From positions 1 to 64,000 of the forward strand of contig NGBS01001173.1 in NCBI GenBank assembly GCA_002245135.1: a DNA stretch of 64,000 bases, read 5' to 3'. A program made the position numbers and the translations under genes. Origin of the DNA: Proteromonas lacertae. Taxonomy: Eukaryota. Shown here in pieces: positions 50,887 through 62,643 of this stretch. Within the stretch, counting starts at the first letter, position 1. Each line of letters opens with the position of its first letter. The notes beneath the pieces are model-generated. The model made no database searches. It was not told the DNA's origin and was given only the letters and a program-made list of their open reading frames with translations.

Positions 50887-51872
50887 ACTTGATATAAGTG
50901 ATAATAATATAGATTCAGTTGGAATAGAATATTTGATGAATTATTTGAAAGAAAATGATATTATTGCAAAATTATTCATTCATGGTATATATGTTATAAT
51001 ATATATAATAAATTTTTAATAGATAATCCAATTGGAAATGGTGGATTTAAATTATTACAGAATATTTTATGTAAATTATATGATAGCGATAATGATATGG
51101 ATTTGAGTAATACATCAATAGATGATAAAAGTGTGATAATATTAGCAAAAGAATTAGATTCATTTTCCGAATGTCACCTAATAAATCTAAGTGGAAATAA
51201 TATTAGAATGAATGGATTAAAAGCAGTTTGTAAAAAATCATTAGAAAATGAAAAATACATTATGGTCAAATGAAGAAGTGGAATATTATTTGAATTATTG
51301 TATTAAAAAGAAGAAGAGAGGTTATAATGATGATTATTATGATTTTTCAAGTATATAAATGTAGAATGTAATGAAATAGATATGAATTTGACTGATTCTC
51401 ATATTAAATTAATAAAACAGATTCATTTTAGAAAACTAAATTTATTCAATAATCGAATTAGCTCAAAAGGATTAAAAGAATTAATGGATGATTTATCAGA
51501 CAAAATGATCAATATTTCAATATTCAATAATGAAATTGGAGATGATGAAATAGAGAAAATATGTAAATATTTAGATAAATTTGTAATAGATTGTTCCTGT
51601 TTATGTTTATTAAGTATTTATATAATATAATTATAAAAATATGAATAGATGTAGGAATGAGTGAGAAAGGATTAAAAATGTTGATAGAAAGAGTAAAAGA
51701 ATATCATCCATTAGAAAGACTTAATCTTGGTGGAAATAAACTAAATGAAAGTGAATTGAGATTAATGAAAGAAAATAAAAAAGTATTTGAATATGTTGAA
51801 GAATTAATAATAAGTGTAAAAGAAAATATAGAAGAAAAAGAATTAGACTCTTTTATAGAAACATTTCATTAG
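50887..51872 (+). pseudogene. 5'-truncated LRR pseudogene fragment (duplicate of 36672-37657)
   Basis: Starts mid-LRR (LDISDNNID) and shares the disabling lesions of the left copy. Confidence 0.8.
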
Positions 51873-51975
51873 TTGTGCAGAAATACATAACAAAAGATGT
51901 TGATAATTAACACTATCTATAAAATCTAATTCTATAATTGTGTTTTTAAAAAGAATAAAAAAGTAAAAAGTAAAT

Positions 51976-52046
51976 TGCGTCGGCCGGGAATCGGACCCGG
52001 GTCTCTTCCGTGGCAGGGAAGTATCATGCCACTGGACCACCGACGC
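51976..52046 (-). tRNA. tRNA-Gly (GCC), identical second copy
   Basis: Exact reverse complement of 36498-36568. Confidence 0.92.
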
Positions 52047-52180
52047 TCAAAATTTTTGATTATTTTTACATTCATAAGCTCTACAGATTACTTTTTATCT
52101 TTAACAATCCATCTAGTGAGCATTTAGAACTAGTTTATATATATAACAACACAAGAATGAAATAAAAAGAATCATATTAT

Positions 52181-54359
52181 TCAATACAAAAAATCTACAT
52201 TCCACAAATCATAATCTCTTCCTTTATTAACTTCATCTTTGTTAATTACAGGAGAAGGTTGTGGAGATATAATTGGCTCATCCTTTCTCTCTTCAATCTT
52301 TTCATTACTTTTTGCCTCATTGATATTACTACTTTTTGTTTTAGTTTTATTCTTCTTATTATTTTCATTTTTACTTGTCAATTTATTGATTGATTTAATG
52401 TTCTTTCTAGGTGGAGGAGTATTTTTAGATTCTATAAAAAATAATATAATTATGATATATATACTAGCAGTACGAGGTGGAGCAACAGGTGTTTTTTCTA
52501 TATAAAAAAATAAAATAAATAATACGGATTGGCGAAGGTTTAGTTTTCTTTGTTTCTTGTTTTTCTTCCTCTTCCTCTTCATGGTTATAATTATCCAATT
52601 TAAATTCCTCTTCCATTTTACTATCAATATTGATTTCATTATAATCATTACTACTTGAAATAATTGGAGAAACAACTGGAATTATTGGTTCTTCACTACA
52701 TTTATCACAACAGAAACTAAGTCCATTTTTACATATTCCTTTTGGTCTGTAGAATTTATTTTCACATTTGGGATTATGACATTTTATTGTATTTTCTTCA
52801 ATATATAAATTCTATTAAAAAAATATTAATGTATTAATATAATGATATAAATATAAATATAAATATATACAAAACAATTTTCACTACAAAAGTTCTTTTC
52901 TTTTTCTATCGTTGTATATACTTTTGACATTGAAAATATTTTATAACATTTCCAACAACATATTTTATCATTTACCAATGGTTCTTCGTTTGTACCAGTT
53001 ATGATGGTGGTGGTTTCTTTTAGTTCATTTGAACTATTATTATTTCCTTTGGCTCTAGAAGCTCTCCAGTCTTTTACAGCTTGTTGGAATAATCTCTATA
53101 AAATATACAATTATAATAATGATATATATATTTATATATATATATACTCTTTGTTCATTCTCATCATATTCTCCTTCAGCTAATTTACTCTCATTTCCTA
53201 CAGATGTAACAAATGCATTCTTTATTTTTTCTCTATCTATTTTCTCTTCATTATTATTATCTGATAATAATAATAATTCAGAAGTATCAGTTTCTGGTCC
53301 ACCTAATGGATTCATCCAAACATCACTTCCACCTGCTGATGCTAATGATTTTGGCTTTTCTTTTATACTTTTTCTCCACTCATTTACTGCTTCAATAAAA
53401 GAAGCATGTTCTTTTGCTTCATCATACTATTTATAAATAATATATATATATATATATATACTACATCATCTGCATCACCTAAGTTTACTGGAACTCTTCC
53501 ATTTCCTGATATTTGATTGGCTGAAAGTGGCTTGACTTGAGACCAATGTACTCTTTTTCCTTCACTTGGTTTAGTAGTTTCTGAGTTTCTATGCGGTGGT
53601 ACTGCTTCTGTATCAACTGCAGTTGTGGTTGATGATATTGCAGTCGGATTTGTATCTAATAATGGAGATGCTTTTGTTGGATCAATAATTGGAGTTTTCT
53701 TTCTCTATTATTATTATTATTATAATAAAATTATACGATTAAATTAGATAATGGTGGTGTTGAATCAGCATCAATTGGAGGAGGAGGTTTTTTAATTGTT
53801 TCAATTGCTTTTAATATTGTTTTTCTATGTCCTAAAATGTCAATTTTCATATAATCCATATCTTGATCAGATAATTCTAGTAATAAGCATCCATCTATTT
53901 GATTCTTTTCAAATCTCTTACAATATTCTGTTAAACCCAAAGTTTTTGAAAGCCAAAGTGATACTTGCGCTATATTCCAGTCTTTTACTATTTCTGGAGT
54001 TAATTGGGAGTTTTCAGCTATTAATTCTCTTCTTCCTGATTGAGGTCTTTTCACCTTTGTTGGTTTTGTATTGATTTTTTCTTTCACATCTTTAGCATAA
54101 CTACGAATTGATCCTCTTTCAGCTTTTGAAGTTCCCCATTTTATACCAGATCTATCAATAAATCAATATTTAATACTTTGGTATTGCTGACTTTTTTTTC
54201 TGCTCTTCTAAACTAAGTTTTAATGACCTAAATATTTCAATATTTCAAAAATACTTCAATCTAAGCTCAATTGCTTTAGTTTCTTCCTCTAATTTATCAG
54301 ACTCTTTCGAATTACTACAATAAAACTTAACAATTATACACTTTTCTCTTTCTATTCAT
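52181..54359 (-). CDS. SAM-domain protein with FCS/TRASH-like Cys-rich zinc fingers, multi-exon
   Basis: SAM motif WNIAQVSLWL..LGL..Y...F..NQIDG..LL.L...D...GHR. Also CCWKCYKIF...FCSENC, a second CxxC...FCCDKC, and two F.(E/Q)AVK(E/D)WR motifs. Confidence 0.7.
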
Positions 54360-54546
54360 TTATTTTTGAAAATCAGTTTCACACTTTTTCATACACCAGA
54401 AACGGATTATTTTTTTAATCAAAATTGGTATTTTGAAATTTATGATATTAAAGAATGTTTATAGGTGATAAAGATATTTAAAATATACTATATTTTATAT
54501 ATATAATAATATTAAAAAACAATAAACATCAATAGTTATAATTCAA

Positions 54547-57500
54547 TTATTCTATATTGAGGAATTGTTTTGATAATACTATTTTATCTTCTTCTATTAT
54601 TCCATCCAACTTTATTCTTCCTATTGATGAAAATGTTTCTAGAAAGGATTTTAATTCTGATTTATCTATATCTTCTTTTAATGTTATTGATAATTCATCT
54701 AAATCTTCAAATACTTCTTTGTTTTCTTTCATTAATCTCAATTCTCTTTCATCTAATTCATTTCCTGATAGATATAGATATCTTAATGGTTTATTATCTT
54801 TTAATCTTTCTATTAACATCATCAATCCTTTTTCACTCATTCCAATTTCTATATACAATACAATAGAATACAGAATTTTAAATACTTGAGATGTCTAATG
54901 ATGATATAGAATAAATAAATTTATCTAAATATTTATATATTATCTCTATTCCTTCATCTCCAATTTCATTATTATGAATTGAGATATATTCAACACTTTC
55001 TGGAATAGAATCTGTTAATTCTTTTAATCCATTACAACTAATCTTGTTTTTGGATATATCAAGTATTTCATAATCAATCTGTTTAATTAATGAAATATAA
55101 GAATCATTCAGATTTAAATCTATTTCATTATAAACACAGATAATATACTGGAAAAATCATAACCGTTTCCATAACCTTTTCTTTTCTTTTTAATACAATA
55201 ATCCAAATAATATTCCAATTCTTCTTTTCTCCATGATGAACATTTCATTTGAATAAATGGATATTCTTCTTTTTCTAATGTTTTGGAACAAATTGATTTT
55301 AATCCATTCATTCGAATATTATTTCCATTTAAGTTTATTGCGTAGCAATTGGAAATTGAATCTATCTTATCAGCTAATAATATCACACTTTCATCATCTA
55401 TTGAGATATTGGTTAAATCTAAATAGTAATAATATATAAGCAGTTTTATATTCTCTATTAATAGCTTAAATCCAGCATTACCAATTGGATTATCTATTAA
55501 ACAAATTAAAAATTACCATAAATATACTTTGAATATTCAATTCTTTAATATTATCATTTTCTTTCATATAATTCATCAAATATTCTATTCCATCTAAATC
55601 TATATTATTATCACTTATATCCAATCTGATCTTTTGATGAATACTCTTTAAACCATCAAAATACTTCAATCCAATTGAAGATAATCCCATTTCTATTGAA
55701 TATTAAAAGATAGTATTTATACTTGAACAATTAATCTCATACAAATTATTTAATAAATGTAAATGTGGAGATAATATTTTCATTCCTTCATCTCCTATTT
55801 CATTTTCATTTAATTCAAGATATTTAAGATTTGGAAATGAAGACAAATTGTTTATCAATATTTCTATACTTCTATATGTTAGTTTATTATCTATATAATA
55901 ATAAAAATATCAAATTTTACAACGCAAATATAACACTTCTATTTCTTTCAATTCATTTGATCGTAATGAAATGAATGTTTTGAAAATATCATCATCTATT
56001 TCTGAATTACTCAGATATAATTCATTGTCTTGGTTTATATATTTGACTAATTCAGGAATGTCTTTATCAATCAGTATTTCTTTACTAACATCACAAAATA
56101 TATTTGGAAATTTAGATAATAATGCTTTTAATCCTATTGAATGAATGTTTTGGTTGTATTGAATATCTATTTTATTAAGATTTGGATATTTATATAATTC
56201 TGATGATAATAACATCATACATTCATCATCTAAATTCATTCCTTCAAGATCCAATTCATTGTCTTTGTTGATTAATAAATTCAAATATGGAAGTAATAAT
56301 TTAAATCCTTTCACACCAATTAGATTAGCTATTTCATAGAATAACAATATGATTATAAATACAATGAAGATCTAAATATTTCAATTTCATCAATGGAATT
56401 GATTTAACAAATGATTCAATGAAATAGGAAGTAAGATTACAACATGATAAATCTAATGTTTGTAGATTTGATAATCCAGTCAAATATGATATAAACAATG
56501 ATTGACGAATAATTGGTATGTGAATAAAATCTATACAAATAACAATATATAGAAAATACCAAATATCAGCTTAGTTGGATTGATTATTCTCAATATTCTA
56601 AAAAAATAACTCATTCCTTCTTCACAGAAACATATACAATCTGATTTTATTTGAATAATTTCTTTATCTGAATAATCACTTTCTATCTTAAATATTATCT
56701 CATCTAAATTACATTCTCCATATCACATTTATGATGTATTTGAAATTTCAATCTATCTTCAATTGAATTATCTTCTTTGTACATTTTCATCATCAATAAT
56801 ATTGACAATATTCTTTCATTTGGTTGAATATTGTAGGATTCTATCAATTTATCTCTAATCACTTCTCTTTTTTCACTTTCAATATAATATTTTGATGGAT
56901 ATTCTATTGGAAATTTAACAATTGTATTATCATTATTATATAACATTTCTTTTCTTTCTTCATATATCATTACATTATTATCTTTATCTCTCAATATTTC
57001 ACTCATTTTTATCATTTCTTTCTTCAACTCTTTTATACTCATTCTATCTTCATTCTTCACTTTCAATATTCTACATATCATTTCTTTCATCATTTCATCA
57101 CATTCTACATCTAAACTATATTTACATCTCACAATATTCTCTTTTGTTTTAAACATATTATCATCTTCATTAAATGGTAATTTCTTAAACATCATTTCAT
57201 ATAATATACAGCCAACTGACCAAATCACACTTCTTTCATTACATTCTAATCCATTCAATTTTTCAGGGCTTTTGAAATTTATATCATATATTCTCATATC
57301 TTCTTCTTTTCTTATTTCATTCAAACATAAATCACATAACTTTAAATCACCATTCTCTTCATATATCACATTACTACTCTTCAAATTGTTTATCATTATG
57401 TCATATCCAATCAATATCATCAATATGTTGCATATTCCACATATCACATCATATATATCACAGCTTAACATGGATTTAGTGTAAAGTACCTTTTCTAAAT

Positions 57501-57827
57501 CTCTACAATAATAATCTCTCTCTAAAACCGCATATTCATTATATCTATCCAAATGAACATATTTAAAGCACCTGACAATGGAAGAACAAGAATTACGTAA
57601 TAACAAGTTATTTTCATTGAATTTCAATATTTTCTTTCCCTTTATTCCAACAGTATTTAATATCTTCATAATTTTTACATTTTTCTGGATTTGTAGTTCA
57701 AAATCTACTTCATTTCTACTCTTTTCTGTTCTCTTTTTCACCTATTAAAATATTTCAATCTACATACCTTAAAACGCGATTGTAATACCAATAATAAAAT
57801 ACCATCTATGTAAAAATTCATTTTCAT
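54547..57827 (-). CDS. Pseudokinase-LRR protein (most complete family copy; one frame break at about 56720), multi-exon
   Basis: Kinase C-lobe motifs (LKSSNV, KSPE, IWSVGCILYEM, LPF) with the catalytic HRD replaced by INN and DFG by DLC. Followed by many RI-like LRRs (N.IGDEG, GLK.L). Start codon uncertain. Confidence 0.72.
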
Positions 57828-58037
57828 ATAAAGAATGAATCGAACCAAGCTTTGTAACAGATATTTTTCTAAAAATGATAATAGTTATTCACTCAATAGA
57901 ATGGCATTTTCATATTTATTTTTTTACAAATATAGCATTACTGTGCTAAATATTAAGTTAAATAAGATTTAAAAATAGAGGCTTGATAAAATGTTTGAAA
58001 TTATAGTTTGAGGTTTGACATTTCTTTTTCATTTTTT

Positions 58038-61000
58038 ATGTCTACAGAAGAAGAGAACAATCCTAAACCAATTACAGCGGTGCAAACAGTAGAAGATGAT
58101 TCGGATGATTCCGATGAAAGTGAAAATAAGAGTGAAGTAAATATTTTAGATGAGAAAGGACTAGATGAAGAAATAACACAATATATAGACCAAATAATCA
58201 GTTATGTTACATGCGAACTATATGGAGTAGATCTACCACCATTACCTGTATTTAGACCATTTAAGATTTCTAAATTATCTTCTTCATCTGAATCATTTAA
58301 TTCATCACCATTTGTTTCATCATCCTCAGGATTTGGTCAATCCAGTTTTGGTAGTAATAAAAGACAATCTGAACCACCACCACCTTCAAACAGTAATACA
58401 ACATCAAGAGGAGTGGGATTTTCAGCTTATGCAAATACCAATACTACAAGTTTTAATATATTCACAAATTCTAATAATAATGGTGGATCTTGGATTAAAA
58501 GTGATAATAATAATAATAATAATAATATATTCAAATCAACATCATCATTTGGAAATATTACTCCATCAAATAGTAGTGTTGTTAATAAAGATGATCATAT
58601 CGTGACAAATAATATTAAAAAGGAAAATAACGAATCAAATCTGTTTGGAGATACAAATGGCTTATTTGATGAAAATGAAAAACCAAAAGATATAAAAGAA
58701 ACAACTAAAGAAAAAGAAGTTAAAGAAAATCCATCATCAATTCCATCATCTACAACTACTTGGGGAATAAAAACAGATTATTCCAAACCCAAACCAACTA
58801 ATAATAATATTAATCCATTTAATATGTCAATTTCCTCATTAATATCTCAAAATGCATTGAAAATAAATGAAAATAAAAATGAAACAAAATCAACAACTCA
58901 GGTAAATATACCACCTCCATTACTAGATAATTCAAGCTGGTCAAACTCAAAATCTGGTTTAAGTTCAATCACATCATTATTAGGAAATACATCAACATCA
59001 ATAGAAGATATAATGAAACCGAAACAAACTCAAGGAGCTACAATTCAATGGAATATTGGAGGAGGAAGAAGTGTAAATAAAGAAAAAGAAGAAAAAGAAG
59101 AAGAAAAGAAAAATGCAGTTAAATCATCAACTTCTGAAGATAATAAAACACAAGAATCAGTTCAACTAAATGATTCAATATCAATGCAATCATCTCCACC
59201 TACATCATCATCATCATCATCATTTCCTTTACCAACTCCTCCTCCTCCTCCTCTTCCTCCAACAACAACATCAACACCAACTAAACCTACTACACCTCCA
59301 TTATCATTTGGAAGTTTATCTTTTGGTGGTAATAAACAATCAACACCTCCATCTTCTACATCATCAACCACAATATTTGGATCATCAAAGTTAGGATTTG
59401 GTTCATCTGGATTTGGTATAAATAAACAACAATCTGAAGCAACTCCACCACCTTCAAGTACTACTACAGCATCAACAGGAATGGGATTTTCAGCTTTTTC
59501 TAACAATACTTCAACTGGATTTAATGCGTTTACAAATAATAATAATAATGGTGCATCTTGGATTAAAAGTGGTAGTGATAGTAAAAGTGATAATGTTTTT
59601 AAAACTACCTCAGCTTTTGGCAGTATTACTCCATCAAATAATAGTGTTATAAATAATGATGATCAAATTGTAATAAAAAACAAAGATGAAGAAAAGAAAG
59701 AGAAAAAAGATAATAAGTCTAGTTTACTTGGAGATACAAATGATTTGTTTGATGAAAATGAAAAACCAAAAGATATAAAAGAAACAACTAAAGAAAAAGA
59801 AGTTAAAGAAAATCCATCATCAATTCCATCATCTACAACTACTTGGGGAATAAAAACAGATTATTCCAAACCCAAACCAACTAATAATAATATTAATCCA
59901 TTTAATATGTCAATTTCCTCAATGATTAGTGGTAATAGTGATAAAAGTAAAGAAACATCCGAATCTCCTCAACTTACATTATCATCGTTATTGAAGAAAA
60001 GTAAAGATGAAGATATAAAGAAAGTAGATACAAAATCTTCATTTGATTCAAAAATACCTACGACTACATCGATATCAACATCAACAAGTGGATTATTTAC
60101 TACCATCTCAACATCTACTTCAACTAGTGGATTATTTGGTTCATCTACATCAGCTCCACCACCTACAGCTTCAACTCCTCCTCCTCCTCCTCCTACATCT
60201 TTATCATTAACAACACCTTCAACAACATCAACAAATGGAAGTGGAAATGGCTTATTTAGTTCAAAACCTCCAGTTTCAGCTACTACTCCTCCTCCTCCTC
60301 CTCTTCCAGCTTCATCATCAACAACTACATCATCTTCAAGTAGTTTATTTGTTCCAAAACCACCAGCAACTTCATCATCAACAGCATCATCTTCAAGTGG
60401 TTTATTTGGTTTATCTAATCCACCTCCATTATTTGGTTCATCTACATCAGCTGCACCACCTACAACTTCAACAACATCAACAAGTGGAAGTGGTTTATTT
60501 GGTTCAAAACCTCCAGTTTCAGCTGCTCCTACTCCTCCTCCTACAACTTCATCATCAACAACCTCAACAAGTGGAAGTGGAAGTGGCTTATTTAGTTCAA
60601 AACCACCACCAACAACAACATCTTCAAGTAGTTTATTTGTTCCAAAACTACCAGCAACTTCATCATCAACAGCATCATCTTCAAGTGGTTTATTTGGTTT
60701 ATCTAATCCACCTCCATTATTTGGTTCATCTACATCAGCTCCAACACCTACAGCTTCAACATCATCTTCAGGTGGAATGTTCGGTTTACCTAATCCATCA
60801 CCACCAACAACAACATCTTCAAGTGGTTTATTTGGTTTATCTAATCCACCTCCATTATTTGGTTCATCTACATCAGCTGCACCACCTACAGCTTCATCTC
60901 CATCTCCATCTCCTCCTCCTCCTCCTCCTACAGCTTCAACAACCTCAACAAGTGGAAGTGGTTTATTTGGTTCAAAACCACCACCAACAAAAACATCTTC

Positions 61001-62611
61001 AAGTAGTTTATTTGGTATTAATCTCTCTTCATCTTCATCATCATCAGGAGGTTTCTTCTCTTCAAATCCACCACCACCTCCACCACCGTCATCATCAAAT
61101 CCAATTACATCAAATTGTGAAGAAATTATACCAGAGATTAGTGCTATTGATACTATTGACGAATGCTCAGATTTAGAATTTAAACCATTAAAAATATATG
61201 AATCTTATAATGAACTAAACAATCAACAAGATGAAGAAAGTGGTAGTGAAGTTGCTCAATTAATACCAAATTACGATAATAACCAAATGATTGAAATACT
61301 AAATCCGCATTTCTTCATTATTCTACACAATTCTGGAGATGATGATGAAAAATCTATAATTGATATTTTACAAGCAGAAGAAGTATATGAAAAACCAATA
61401 TTCAATATAAATGATGATAAGAATCTAGATACAACAAATTCCGATTTTACACCTGTCAAATATGAAGTAATGAACAGTTATGAGAAATTAAATTCACATT
61501 ATAAACAAATTATTATTAATTCAAATCAATCAAATATATTGCTAATAAAACAAGATGGAAAACAATCAATAATAATGAATTATGATTGTAATTCATTTGT
61601 AGAATCTATTATGAATGTATATATATATTATTTATTATTTTATTCTCTTCTAATTATGTATAGGATGAAGTATTGAATGAAGAATCATCAATTACAATTG
61701 AATCAACTGTTATTAATGATATTGTATTATCTCCATCAGGAAAATGTATAAAATAATATATTATAATAATATAATGAAAAATAGATTTTGCAGTATGTAG
61801 TGATAAAGGTGTAGAAATCTATTCATTTTCAAACAAAAACAATTTAGATATTTCAATACCACAAAAATATACAAATAAATACACATCATGTTGCTGGGAT
61901 TATAATGAAAAACAATTCTATATTGCTAATAATGAAGGTGAAATATACTGTTATTCTCTTACTAATAAAGATCCAATACATTATATCAATATGAAAAAGG
62001 CTGATAATAATAATGGTGAGAATATATCAATATTGAAATTATATTCATTGCCTGGTGTATTGGTGATTAATTATAATTATAATCAAGGTAATATAAACTA
62101 CAACAAAATCGATTTTTATGATATAAACAGTAAAACAGTTAAAGAATATGATTCAACGTTATATTATGATGTTGCTGGTGAATTACCACAATGTTTATAT
62201 TATTATTTCAGGTATATTCGTCAAAGAGATTTATTCATTTGTATGTGCGGTTATCAAGCCGGAGTTTGTGTGTTTCAACATATTGATAATGAATGGAAAT
62301 ATGCAGGATTAAGTGAATCATGTAATTATCAATTTTCTAGTGGATTTGGTGATGAAATACCTGAATATCCAGTTACTGTTATCTCTAATGTAGATTCAGA
62401 TGATCCAAAGTTAATTAGAAATTGTATTGTTCTTAGGACTTTTAAATTATTCGTATTGGATTTATATGATAAGAGAAATAATGAAAATATTATTCCAGTT
62501 CCTGAATGTGATGTAAAAATTGATTTTCCAAAACCAATGAAAAGTAATAATATTTCAAAACCATTAATACCAACACCATTATTTCCAAAACCAACAACAA
62601 CAACAACAACA

Positions 62612-62643
<32 letters not shown>

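Larger units (their letters stand above)
50887..52162 (-). repeat. Outer inverted-repeat arm, right
   Basis: Reverse complement of 36385-37657. Confidence 0.95.

Noticed and set aside
36385..52162. Polinton/Maverick-like or other TIR transposon (about 16 kb with 1.3-kb terminal inverted repeats)
   Set aside because: No integrase, polB, capsid or transposase ORF, and no clear target-site duplication. The arms contain a tRNA and an LRR pseudogene, and the interior is itself palindromic.
60130..61020. CRISPR-like repeat array
   Set aside because: Repeats are in-frame coding modules of an FG-repeat protein with no unique spacers, and the context is eukaryotic.
60235..61176. Overlapping 313-aa His/Gln/Leu-rich ORF
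   Set aside because: Alternate-frame shadow of TCA/ACA/CCT-rich repeats, with no independent coding signal.
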